A DNA stretch of 52,030 bases, filler included, from Basidioascus undulatus (GCA_000826855.1; 3 parts of 3 records of this genome joined end to end with filler, not necessarily neighbours in it); one strand, 5' to 3'. Numbered from the whole stretch's first letter, positions 11,639 through 23,522 are shown. Numbers and translations: made by a program. The notes: a model not told the origin generated them from the sequence alone.

Positions 11639-13008
11639 TCAGATGCGTTGCGCCAGAGTGAGGTTCAGGAGGAGCGCAACGGCCGCCTTGGTGAGGACGA
11701 GGACGTTTCCGAAGCTAGTCTGGGGGATGGAACCTCAGCTGTGAACCTCAGCTGTGAACTTTAGCTGTAAGTTACGAAGAAGGGGGACAGGACGTACGCA
11801 TCGCGGCAAACGCCGTCGGGCCCCCTGCGTGAACACACCGTTGAGGATGTCGATCAGGATGGAGACGTCGAGAACGATGCCGGTGCTGCGGGAGTAAACT
11901 TTGTGAGACTACAGGTCGAGAAATGGAGAAGGTGATCACCCCGACTTACACCCTGTCGCACCAAGCGCCGGCGGCGTTCCGAACTTACTGAAGCTGCAGA
12001 ATAGCGAGGATGGGTCGATGAGTGTGCCAGACCTGCAGGACACAAAGAATTCAGCCAGAAATTCTCAGGTACACAACACAGAGAGGGACGGACGGGTTGC
12101 AGAAAGTGGGGCAGCACCCCTCGACCGGGCTGCTAAGGAGCGCGAGTACGAGGTCGACGCTGACGACGAGGCCGGAGCTGGTGACGCCGGGGGTGGTTCA
12201 GTGGAGTGAATCTTGAGGGAGCAGGAGGAAAGAAGGAGGGACATACAGCTTGTCCCGGCAAAAGCGGTCAGAGAGGTAGGTGTAACGCCCATTGATGATG
12301 GTGGCGAAAATCTCGGCACTGAGGATGTTGCCGGCACTGTGAGCAGATGGAGAGTGTCAGAGCTGCCTTGGAACTGGGTTTGAAAAGAACGGAGATGTAC
12401 GCGTTGGTAAACTCCCCATCCTTGTTCCGGAAGTACTGAAGGCTGATGAGGGCGGCGAAGAGCCGAAATCGAATGGCGCGCCAGAGCTGTGGTGGTGGAA
12501 ACTGAAAGCTTCAGCGAGCGCGTGGGGTCAGAGCAGAGGGATCAGGACGAACCCGATGCTGCACCAAGTTCCCTCCGAGCAGGAGGTGAAGTAAGGGGGT
12601 AAGGAGGTAAGCGAGGAGCTCGATGTCGAGAGCGTTTCCGTGCCTGCGAAAGAAGTGAGGGCATGTCAGTCACTGGGACAGGGAGCAGAAGAGGGGGGGA
12701 AGTGAAAGGAGTAACGAACGGGTCGGTGTAGCACCCGCAGCCCTCGGTCGTCTCGGTGAAGTAGCCCCGAGCGACGCTGAAGGTCGCCTGGACGTCAAGG
12801 ATCGACAAACCGCGGTGTGCGAATGGAGGGATAGCTGTAGTCTGGGGGCGGACCGCTCCCGTCGCTGAATCATAGTCGGCGCGTGGGATCGCCCTCGTCG
12901 CGAAGGGGTAGTCGAGGGGCGGGGCTGCCTCGGGGGCAGGCGCGGCGTTGGAGACGCTGGGGAGGGCGGCGACGGGGAGGAGGGCGCGGATGGAGCGCCT
13001 CTCGAAAT
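11639..13008 (-). pseudogene. Multi-exon gene for a putative secreted Cys-containing protein, apparently decayed
   Basis: Signal-peptide-like RSIRALLPVAALPSVSNAAPAPEAAP; exons with EGCGCYTDP, DRFCRDK, VEGCCPTFCN, DGVCRD flanked by GT/AG. The start context reads CCACCAT-TTC (ATG lacking G) and internal frames shift. Confidence 0.45.
11730..11768. repeat. 13-bp tandem repeat x3 inside an intron 3' end
   Basis: GAACCTCAGCTGT GAACCTCAGCTGT GAACTTTAGCTGT. Confidence 0.85.
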
Positions 13009-14717
13009 GGTGGGGATGGAGGTGGAGTGAGGTTGAAAGTGAGTGTAGATGAAGACCAAGATTGCGAAGCGAAGTGCTGAAGTTGGGTATGGTGAACTCA
13101 ACGGCGGCAGGACTGTCTTTTATACGTTCTGCAGCGTGTTGCTGTCGACGAAAGCAAACCAGACTGGTCCAAACATGCTTGTTGTTTGAAGGTTGAAGCC
13201 GTTCAGGCGGCCACGTTCAGCGAGTTATGAGCCTGACAAGTCCGGTCGGTCTCGTCGAGCTGGACGGACAACACTGCACCGACTCAGTCGAGCCGGCCCG
13301 ATGGAGGTAATGGAAGCCGCGGTCGTTTGAGTTGCGCTTCTTTCTCCACTGACCTAAAGCCCCTCATTCCCAAAGGCTATAGTGGTAAGAGGACCCCTCG
13401 TCCAGTCAGCTCAACGTAGCTCGACGCAGTCAGCGCGGCGGAGCTGCAGCCTTGTGGCAGCAGTCGGACAAGAGAATCTATGCGCACCATCGAGAATTTT
13501 TTTTCCTTTGTATGCGCTCTATTGTAAAGCCGCTCTTAGATTGGTAGGTAAACTGCCCTATTCCCGAGAGCCATGCAAGGTTCGCAAGCCTGCACGCCAT
13601 CTTTTCGGAGAGATTTTGACACCAGACCAACGCTGGCGGCTACTTCCCTTGGTGACTGGATTTTGGTAGAGGCAATCCCGGGGGGACTCTCCTGGAAAAT
13701 GTCGCGATTGCAGCCATGACCCAACGAGCAAGCATTCAAAATTTCTTAGTGCCACCGACGGAACATCCAATTCTGAAGTGGCCAAGAGCTACATGGGAAA
13801 AAATGAGTCTTTGTCGACAGATGAAATTCATCCTGAATGTCCATCGCATGAAAGGGTACCGGAAAATGCAACCATAAATTCAAACACCGCACAAACCACG
13901 TGCCCCGCCCATTCACGATATCGCCTCCCCACGCTGCTCCCCGAGCGTCCCATCGACGGCCAGCTTGATCATGTAGCTCTCGAAGGTATCGAAGTCCGGA
14001 ACGGAGAGCACTTCGGCTGTGCGCCAACGCGCCACCAACCTGCGGATTTCGCACGGGTTTACTGATCGTGACCGCTCATGTACGGTACAATTCATCGCGC
14101 AAAAAAATGTACCGCTTCAGAGAAGGACTGGAACGAAGAAACTCTCCACCTTGCCATCGAAACAACTCCCTCCCGCCACGCGCGTAAAGCACATGCTAGG
14201 GTAGATTAAGTCGATCTAAACTAGCTGGAATGCCAGAGATGACCATCAGCAGCCTGCAAACGAGCGGGACAGCGATTCAGGTCGCCTATCAACTCAACCC
14301 CCTTCTCCTCCCTCTGTCGCCCACCCGGACCCTTTCGCAGGTCTCCTTCAGTGTTAGCGAGCGGCAGAAAGTCAGCGGCGAGCTCGAGGCACGAAGCAGC
14401 GTGCCGCAGATTTTCAGCGTGCTCCAGGGATAAGGGTGGAAGGGTGATCTTAGAAGGAAAAGCGAGCACAAGGAATGGTTGATACGTTCATTTGTATGTT
14501 GGCCTGAGAAAGGTCAAAGAAGGGAGAGCCTGGTTCATGGACAAGATAGATTTGAAGATCGAAGATGTTCGAGATACCTAGCACCTGGCAACGCGACACC
14601 TGCTCCGATGCAACCACACTTGCAACCGCCCACTCACAGCGCGTTCACATACATGAGACACATGATGCGAGACATGCTGTATTCAAACTAGTACATGAGA
14701 AAAAGAGGTGAGAACAA

Positions 14718-16037
14718 TTAGTACTCGGGGGCGAGGCCGCCGGCCTGCTCCTCGGCGGTGGGGGCACCCTCCGCAGCGGGGGCAGCGGGAGCAGGAGCCT
14801 CAGCGACGGGGGCGGCGCGCTGTATCGACCATCCGACGTCAGTATTCGGCAACAAAAAAAATCGGGAGGAAGGGCAAGGAGGAAGGAAAAAAGGGAGGAC
14901 GGGAGGAGGAACGAAGAAGGTGGGGAGGTGGAAGAAGAGGACAGAGCACGCACCTGCTCGGAGACGGGCTGAGTGGGGGCGCGCTCCTCCTTGGGCTCGA
15001 CAATGACGACGGCGTCAGGGAGGGGCTTGGGGAAGCCGACGCGGCCCTCGGGGTCGTGGCCGCGCATGATCTTGACCTTGATACCAAGGACACCCTGCTT
15101 GAGGAGGACGTGGCGGACGGCCTGGTCGACAAAGTCGCGGACGGGCTGGCCAGAGTGGATCATGAAGCCGTCGGTGAACTTCATGGACTTGGCACGCGCG
15201 GCGCGGAGCTTGCCGGAGACGACGACCTCGCAGCCCTTCGCGCCCGACTCCATGATGAAGCGGAGGACACCGTAGCAAGCACTGCACGCATCCCACCCGG
15301 ATCAGCAACCGCCCCAAGTCCAAAAGAAACACAAGGGGAAGAGGCAGAGAGGACGAGGAAGGGAGAGGAGAGGAGACCGAGACCGAGACGCACCGGCGGA
15401 CGGCAAGACCGCCGAGGAGCTTGTAGCGGAGGGACTCGCACTGGGCGACGGCAGAGAGACCGCGGTTCTGGACCTTCTCGGCGTAGAGCTCGAGTGAGTT
15501 CTCGGGGAACTTGAACCGCTTCTGGACGAGCGCGGTGAGCTCGCGGATGCGGCGGCCCTTCTCGCCGAGGACCTCCTGGGTGTGGGTCGCACGGATGATG
15601 ATCTGCCATCCACCGTACTGCCATCAGCCTCACGCTTGGGGGGAGGAGGGAGGAGCAGGGGAAGGCGTACCTCAGTGCGCGCGTGGGTGACGCGGACCTC
15701 ACATCCAGAGAAGCCCTCCTCGGAGAGCTCGCGGGTGCTGCACGCCCACCACCGATCCCCCGTCAGCGTGTTCCCCCTTCGCCTAGTCCTTCGGCTCCAG
15801 ATACGCACAAGAACTCCGCGAGCTCAGCCTGGAAGACACCGTCGGCCACGAACTTGCGCTTCTCTGCACACCGCCCAGCAGCCCGTCAGCATGCGGGCGA
15901 GTGGGCGAGAAGACAGGGATGGGGAGATGTACTGGAGATGATCTGCTGCGACCTGGGGCAAGGAACAACGGTGTCATTCAGTATAAGGTCCCCTGGACGA
16001 TGAAATAGCCCATCTGCCCATCGCCAACGACTAACAT
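14718..16037 (-). CDS. RPS3: 40S ribosomal protein S3 (uS3)
   Basis: Spliced: [26 protein letters not shown]...[12 protein letters not shown]...[11 protein letters not shown]...[37 protein letters not shown]...[15 protein letters not shown] at 14718-14720. Confidence 0.98.
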
Positions 16038-16256
16038 GGTGTCTTGAGGCGGCGAGCGAGCTGAGGGTGCAAGGCTGGAGTGCAACGCGAAAAGTCCTCT
16101 GGCCTCCCCTTGCCCAACCAAAGACTTCGCCCCGACAATGAAACCCAACCGCCGAAAGCGCACCAACCGCGCACGTCTTCTCTTCGCCTCTTCCTCTCTC
16201 TCTCTTCCTCACTCCATCCTCAACTCATCCTCCCAACAATGTTCCTTATTCCATTT

Positions 16257-16507
16257 GTGAGTTTATTTTACCTTTGGATGGTGATGTGTGCGCGGGGCCG
16301 GCCATGACGATAAGAGGAACATAATCCTCTCTAAAACTGGCACCTCTTATTTGAGCACCGTTGCGCAGGCGCCAGCTTCCCGTAGGCTCAGCTTGCGTCC
16401 CGCAACGGGCGATGCATTCGTTTTGTGTATCTGAGCCCATATCCCCCGCTCACATATCTTCTGGCGAGCGGGAGCACGCTGACTGATGACGTGTCCGTCG
16501 GTTGCAG
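16257..16507 (+). other. 251-nt GT-AG intron of a probable non-coding snoRNA host transcript, divergent from RPS3
   Basis: GTGAGT donor at 16257, GCTGAC branch-like motif, TTGCAG acceptor at 16507. Flanking exons are pyrimidine-rich with only a trivial ORF. Confidence 0.6.
16300..16437 (+). ncRNA. Box C/D snoRNA candidate (snR48/SNORD60-like guide)
   Basis: Terminal stem GGC/GCC; box C ATGACGA (16304-16310); box D CTGA (16431-16434); D'-like TTGA (16351-16354) preceded by CTGGCACCTCT (16337-16347), complementary to the LSU rRNA sequence AGAGGUGCCAG; internal hairpin CCGTTGCG/CGCAACGG. Confidence 0.72.
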
Positions 16508-17211
16508 GTCTCCTTCCACCTAATCCCTTCCCCGAGCGCCTTCCCCCTTCGCTTTGTTGCCCTCTCTACTGCATCCACATGATTACACATAGATTTGTTG
16601 CATGAACGTATTGTGCCCCACTGTTTGTTGGCCGAGTTAGTGTTGCAAGTCCGCCTTCGAGTTCAAGCGTCAGCTCGACCCAACTCTTCTGCGCGCGCGT
16701 CTTCCTCGCCTGAACACTGGCTGAAGAGCGGCTCTCGTTCCCATAAGCAACAGGCCGCAATGTTTCGTGATATGGTGCTACCTACTGCGAGCAACAGTTG
16801 GGATCGTTCCAAGGATGTGCTGTGCAACGCCGTCCAGAGTATTTGGCCAAATTGTCATGCAGGAGCGGCCCGGCACAACACATGTCCAGTTGTGCTGTCC
16901 ACATACGTGCCTTACCAGGTATGGATTCGGGGATCCCTTCACGCTATAAGCTACCGGACAATTTGCCAGCGGTAGAAAATGCGTGCTTCGTTGGGGGAGA
17001 ACTTCGAGAAGTACAGCCGTGCTACTGTCGCTCGTGAAGCGTCTGGCGACGCCGGCAGTGCGAACGTCCGCTTTGACTATGCGCTTGATCACTCTTTCGG
17101 CAGTGAGGAGAGTGCTCGTGGCGTTGTTGGAGGCAATCATGCGTGAGTTGAAGATCGAACTCCTGGGGACGAGCAGAGCACTGTGTGACGACTGCGTCCT
17201 GTGGCGACCTG

Positions 17212-17294
17212 CGCAGCACGCCGCAAGGCAGCCCCTCGGGGACTTTCGTGCTTAGGATGTTGACATAATGGCCTTAAGCGACCCGTCTTGAAAC
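17212..17294 (+). rRNA. Fragment of LSU (25S/28S) rRNA, 3' end of the D2 domain
   Basis: GCTTAGGATGTTGACATAATGGCCTTAAGCGACCCGTCTTGAAAC is the conserved D2 exit leading into the NL4/LR3 primer site; cut off by the N linker. Confidence 0.9.
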
Positions 17295-17394
17295 NNNNNN
17301 NNNNNNNNNNNNNNNNNNNNNNNNNNNNNNNNNNNNNNTTAATTAATTAANNNNNNNNNNNNNNNNNNNNNNNNNNNNNNNNNNNNNNNNNNNN
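17295..17394. other. Artificial contig linker
   Basis: 44 N + TTAATTAATTAA (stops in all six frames) + 44 N. Confidence 0.98.
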
Positions 17395-18432
17395 CCCCCG
17401 CCGCCCCCCAGCCCTCCTCCGACCTGCCGCGCCCCTCCCCCAACCCGCCCCAATACAGCGTGACATTCGACTCCCGGCCCGAGCCGCAGTTCCCGTGCCT
17501 GCTCGTCAACATTGGGTCCGGAGTCAGCATCATCAAGGTCGACGGGGAGGGCAAGTTCGAGCGTATTTCGGGCACCAGTCTCGGCGGGGGGACGCTCTGG
17601 GGTCTTCTCAGCCTCCTCACGCCCGCTACGACTTTCGACGGTGAGTGTCTCCTGCCCTTTTTTTCACGCTGCCTTCTGACTCGAGTTTCTCGGCCGGCCA
17701 TCAGAGATGCTTGCCTTCTCCGAATCGGGCGACAACTCGAACGTAGACATGCTCGTCGGCGACATTTACGGGCAGGATTACGGCAAGATAGGCCTCAAGG
17801 CGACGACGATCGCGTCCTCGTTCGGCAAGGTGTTCAAGAAGGGCCGGACGCAGGGCAAGGAGACCTTTAGCGCGGAGGACATCTCGAAATCCCTCCTCTA
17901 CGCCATCTCCAACAACATCGGGCAAATAGCGTACGTCTCCGTCCCTGCTGTTCTTTCGGCTCAGAGCTGATAGGAAACGGCCCGCAGATACATGAACGCT
18001 GAAAAGCACAATCTGGATCGGATATACTTCGGCGGGTGCTTCATCCGAGGTGGGCATCCCGTCCTTCCATCCATCCTTCCTTCACAAACGTCTGATACCG
18101 TTTTCCACAGGGCACGCCGCGACCATCTCCACCCTGTCCTACGCCATCCGCTTCTGGAGCAAGGGCACCAAGCGAGCCATGTTCCTGCGACACGAGGGTT
18201 TCCTGTCCGTCCCATTCAATCTCTCTCGTCTTTTCCACGATAGACGCTGACGTAGCGGAGTAACACGCGAAACAGCGGAGCGATTGGCGCGTGGCTCAAG
18301 AACATCGAGGACTCTGACCGGCGGAGCAGCGCAAGCGAGCTGAGCGACCGCGGCCTGGCAGAGGGGGAGAGCAGCAGCGGCGAGGTGGAGGGGAAGCTGG
18401 CGGAGCTTCAGCTAGACGGACGAGCGGAGTGA
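17395..18432 (+). CDS. CAB1: Type II pantothenate kinase (fumble family), 3' portion
   Basis: [88 protein letters not shown]. 5' end truncated at the contig edge. Confidence 0.95.
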
Positions 18433-18879
18433 CGCTCACATTGCATTTACATTGCATCCCCACGTAGGGAGACAATGCCGGCTGGCATGTCCCGCGACGC
18501 ACTGATGGCAACTCGCGCTCAAGTGACCCTCCGCAGTTTCTTCATCGCAGGTCGCACCGCTTTTTTCGACGTAGCATCCTCTTTTCATCGTTTCTTTTCT
18601 GGCCGTTGCATCCGCGACTGAGTCCAAAGATTCCGCTGAACTGCGCACCCTCACGTGTGTGTCTCGGTCCCGTAGGATCGCACTTGTGCCTGGTTTGGCC
18701 GTCTATTCAACGCCGCCTTCTCTCGTGCCTCACCCTCTCCGTCCCGCTCATCCTCATTCTCAATCGCCTTTCCGAAGCTCCCACCGAGCGGTCTGCTAAC
18801 TGCCCACCAGTCGCACTCGCTACCGTCCCCCACATCCGCGCTCCCCGCACTTCGCACGTCCCTTTCTGGCCCTGACCGG

Positions 18880-19409
18880 ATGCCCTCAAACAACCTCCTG
18901 CCCTTCCATACTTCTCCCCCGTCACTCGAGCAGCTTCCCCCACTGACCCGCCGGAGCAACCGCGCTACTCGGCTGGTGAAGGCCGTCATGCGCAGACTGC
19001 GCAGCGCCGTTCGAGGGAAACGGTGGGCGGGGAAGGATGGGATGGTGTTCGTTGATGTAGAGTCGGAGGTACGCTGCTGCTGTTTCCATGGTTCTCTCAT
19101 CTTCAAGTTCAGCCGCGCGTCTGAGTGCGCACACTCCCGTTCGAAACGCAGGCGACTTCCTCGACCGCCAAGGGCAGCTCTGATATCTGGAACAAGAAGC
19201 CCTCAACACGTCTTCGAGATATCCGTACCATCCACGCACATGACTTTATCTGCGCCTTCGGCACACCCCGCCGCGTCGCCCCGCCGCCGCCGCCGACGGC
19301 GCCGCGCTGTCCGTCGTGTATGGCGCACAGGCTGCGCTGGAGCCGGTGGCCGGGCGTCGTGCCGGTTCTGCCTGATGGGAGGTTTAGGGAGGATGGGGTC
19401 GGGAGGTGA
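18880..19409 (+). CDS. Hypothetical basic protein (2 exons)
   Basis: ATG 18880; a phase-0 GT-AG intron at 19069-19151 joins two open frames; TGA at 19409. No family recognised. Confidence 0.45.
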
Positions 19410-20408
19410 GATTGAGGCTGGGTAAGTCCGAGGCGAGGTGGTGAGGAGTGAGAGGAGGAGTGTTCGCGATGTTGCGGAGGATCGGAGGGGCCAAGCGCTT
19501 TCGGCTCCAAAGACTTGCCATGCTTGCGTGGATGAAATGGATATTGCCCGACGTTTCAGCCGTGTGGGGCTTGTGGAGTGTCAACATCGCGGCTGCAGTA
19601 AGACACGCTTGAACCCTTCAGAACGCAGCCTGTCGGCCTAACCGGAGTCATGTGAAAGTGGACATTGATTGTCGTATCATGATGTGGATTCAGTTTTCAA
19701 GTTCGAAAAGCCCGGAATTCAAGTTCATGTGTCGTCCACCGTCCACCGAGCAGAGTGGGAGCTCTTCGTACCGCGACTGCGCCGTTTGCCTTGAAGCACT
19801 TGTCGAAGTTCGCTACGGGGCATGCTGCTCATCGCGTGCAGTACGTCTTGAGAAGACAGAGGAGTCGCCGCAAATGTCCGTTTCATTTGTGCTTATGACC
19901 AGACTTCCGGAGGCTCGTAGGACAGACGGAAGTCGCAGATCGACGTCGACGGCATTGCTGGCCAAGAACAGTTTCAATCTTATCCTCCTATCCAGCGCAA
20001 TATAGGTTCAGACAAGCTCATTACTTTGTGCGAGGCACAATCTGCGCACATTAATGAGTGAATGGGCGGTCACTGGGCGAATATTTGCTCGTCCGACACT
20101 TTATTCACGGTGGAGCCGCCCTCCGTCGCTCTACGACGGCGTGTTCCGCGACCTCGCCTCGAGGCCGCCGCTCTCAGTCGGTCTATGCGCCATACCTCCT
20201 CGTGCGGCACACCAGCTTGACTCCGAAAAGTCGTGCCCCCAATCCCACCTCGAAAAACACGCCTTGCCTTCGTGCAAGTCGCTGCTGGCGCAGCTTGCTC
20301 GTGCCACCCCTTTCAGAGTCGAGTTTCAGCCTTTCGTTCCGCCTCGTTTTCGTTTTCATTTCTCTCTTTCGTACCACCACCACCGTCATCCCCACACTCA
20401 TGATCGCT

Positions 20409-21839
20409 ATGGCGTCCCCCAAGGCAGCCGACATCGCTCCCTGGCAGCACCAGCAGCATCAGCAGCCGCCGCACCTCCCGATCCCACAGCGGACGGTTCT
20501 GGAGGAGGACAGGGCGTCGTTCGCGAGAAGTGAGCCTTGCCTTCACCTTTTTTTTCGTTGCTTGCCTACGGAGCGGCCAATACCGAATGCTGTTGGTTGT
20601 TGCACTGTACAGGGCCCTTTCCATTCGACACCCAGCTGCACACGCCGACTTCCGTGTACCACCGCCCGGCTTCCCTCCTCCGCGCTTCTCCGTCGCCAGC
20701 CCCTTCCACCGACAATCGTCCCAACACCGGCTCAACCACGTATGCCCGCAGTCGCGCCAGCTCGGCGGGGTCGTACGAGAGCGGCATGTCGGACGTGTCG
20801 ACGGCTTCTGCCCGCTCGCCCGAGGACACGACCATCAAGCGGCACCTTCCCGCTCCGCCGCCCACGCTCCGCGTCCACATCCCGGACATGGTCGAGCGTC
20901 CTTCTCCTCTCTTCCCCTCGAACCACCTCCCCGCACCCCCGTCCGGGTACGACTTCGAAGGCGCGCAGCCGCAGCCGCACCGCCGCGTCAGCTCGGGGCC
21001 CGCTGCTCTCGGGCCGGGATGGATTCAGCCGGACGGGTGGGATCCTTCACCTGCGGAGGGCAGCATGAGGGGAAGGCACAGTTGGGTGGACCCGAGGGGA
21101 ATGCGTTCGGCGGCGTCGGAAGGGGGAGAGAGGTCGCCGGTGCAGGTCATCCAGCCGGCGAAGAGGGAGTTAAGCCCCGGGTAAGTTTTTCTTAGAGAGT
21201 TTATCACGAAGGGGGCCGTTGACCAGAGGAACATTGTATTGTGGGGGTCTACAGCGCCGTGGAGAGACGGAAGGCCGAGGCGAAGAGGCAGCGCATAGCG
21301 GCTGAGCAAGGAAGGCGGAATGAGTTGAGGGACAAGTACGAGATCCTGCGCTCCGTGAGTTATAACCCTTCCCATCACACTCTTACTTGTGAAGTCTCAT
21401 AAGGGACTGTCACTCGACAGTACCTCCCCGGCTACGCCGACGACCCAACAGGGCGGATGTCGAAAGCCCAGACGCTCGACAAGGGTTCGTCCTTCCTTCC
21501 TCCGTCCTCATCTTCCATCCCGCCGCACCCTCAACTCACCGACCTGAACGCCGGGAACAGCGAGCCAGCACATCATCGCGCTGCACCAGCAGGTGGCGCA
21601 GCTTCAAGCCCAGTTGGAGTCGACGCAGCGCGAGCTCGAGTACCGCTCGTGGGTTTCCTCATCTTTCGCAGGCCTGATCGTTGGACACACTGTCCTCTGA
21701 CATACACCCCCCTTCCCGTTTGTATTGTGATAGCAACACCCCCTCCCACCGCGGTCCGTACTTCCACGGCACCGCTCCTACACTCCCGCCGATCGAGCTC
21801 CCGCCGCCGGGCCACCAGCAGCAGCGTCGCTTCGGCTGA
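20409..21839 (+). CDS. bHLH(-zipper) transcription factor
   Basis: Spliced C-terminus: KRQRIAAEQGRRNELRDKYEILRS-YLPGYADDPTGRMSKAQTLDK-ASQHIIALHQQVAQLQAQLESTQRELE. Low-complexity Ser/Pro N-terminus; an alternative in-frame ATG lies at 20400. Confidence 0.88.
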
Positions 21840-22687
21840 GCTCCACGTCGTCATGCTCTTCCCGAAGGATCTGACGTATTGGTCTTTTACGAACTTTTCC
21901 ATCGGCCTCCTTGTTGGCTTTCCTCTCACAGCTTTTTTTTCCCTTCTTGGCGGTCCTTAAGCCGTCGATCTCCATGCTTTGCTTCTTTTCCGGACACTTT
22001 CGGCCATACTACCATACTTGATCTCCACAGTTACATACAGTTTCAACTTATTGGGTTTAGCCCGTCAACAGTCGTTTCCCCTTTTTCCGTTTCGTTCATC
22101 TTGAGCTCAGTTCTTGCTCCCACCCATGAGTCCCTCCTTCATGCATCGAATTTTTGGCCTTTCTCTCTTGGAGCTTCTTTGAATCCTCCATGCTTGGTGC
22201 CGTCTAGGACTGCTTGTGTAAGCGCTGCCAGACGCGTGGCAGCTCGCAGATGGCCGCGGGTGATGCACAACTTACAACACATTAGATGCCCAAGCCTGCA
22301 CCATGTTTCTTCATAGCATGTTCTTTTCGAGGTGCATGAGTGCTGAGGCGTTGCTGTGGGAGGGAAGCAAGACGCTTTCAGAGGCGTGACGCAGCTGGGC
22401 CGGAGAATGCCAGCCGACAGCCATTACTTGAGGCTGGTTGCGTTTCCCCTGCTAGCTGATGTGCTACTGCACACGCCGATGTACTCATCGTCCTACTTCA
22501 TTTTTTCATGGGAAATTCGGTTCTCCGCAGCTGCTCGGCCTGCAATCACGGCAGCCGGACTCGCACGGCCGCCGCCAACGTACCGTCTGCATGCTGAAGC
22601 CTGCAAGGCTTCAGCAGAGTCGGTCGTGGCGTAGGTCGAGCAATTACTACTGATCTAGCAGAAACAGATACCCTGAGAAACGTCTAA

Positions 22688-23522
22688 TGGAGACCCATAA
22701 AACAACCACAATATGCAAGCAGCATTCAACTGGGCAGGTTGCGCCTTGTGTACTGGAGAATCGCAGCAGGGTTGACCACTGCTTGCACCCCGCCATGCCA
22801 CGGCTGAGCACTCCATACGTGACAGAATACTGGGGAAGAATGACGTTTAACTCGGACTACGAGTGAGTCAAGTCGGGCAATATCCGGCTTCGGTGCCCGC
22901 TTGCAGCTCTACAAGAAGGAGGCCGTAAATCACTCCCTCGCAAGAACGTCGTGCCAGTACTCCCTGTGGACACTGCCATTTGAACAACTATCCCGCTGTG
23001 CAGATCATAATTCAATCAGCAGACTATGCGTGCCAACTTTTCGCCGAGGTATCCTTCTCCTACAAAGGCGGATTGCCCATGGCGCCCTGACGATGCCGGC
23101 ATGGCGAGCAAGAACTTTGTTACGTTTTTTTTTTCTGTACGACGTCCGTAACAGTTACTTTTCCTCTCCCATTCATGAAGGGTAACCTATTGTTTACCAT
23201 TAATTACTTACTAATGTCATCTCCAACAGGCTCGTTCCGCACTGTCGAGCTCTGGCCACTTTTCGGCGCCCTCGGGCTCGCATTTCGCCACTGGAGCGAC
23301 GTGCGGGCGCTGCGGAAGAACGATGTCGTGCTGGCCCGCAAAGTGCGTCATTTGATAGAACTTTTGGGCTTAGGATTATCCTTTGAGGCGTCTGACCAGT
23401 TGCGCGGGACGTTTCTGGCCGGCGTCAAGCATAACCCCGTAACCTTGGCTGGAGTCGGACCCGAAGAAACAGACGAAGCTTTTGACTCTGATTATCTAGT
23501 GAAGAAAGAGCCGAACTGGTAG
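22688..23522 (+). pseudogene. Possible degenerate multi-exon gene of unknown family
   Basis: Intron-like GTGAGT...TTGCAG (about 22863-22906) and a protein-like last exon (GSFRTVELWPLFGALG...EPNW*); the middle frames are not coherent. Confidence 0.25.

Noticed and set aside
13400..14470. Short minus-strand protein-like pieces
   Set aside because: Could not build a coherent spliced model or assign a family.
16300..16437. Identification as snR190 or a U6 guide
   Set aside because: The ends resemble snR190 as I recall it but its rRNA-pairing segment is absent; the U6-like match TAATCCTCTCT is mismatched and not next to a D/D' box.
16239..16582. Tiny spliced ORF (MFLIPF|VSFHLIP...) around the snoRNA intron
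   Set aside because: About 30 codons of pyrimidine-rich sequence with no similarity; better explained as non-coding host exons.
17339..17350. TTAATTAATTAA as a biological motif or transposon target
   Set aside because: Centred in N runs and repeated identically: an assembly linker.
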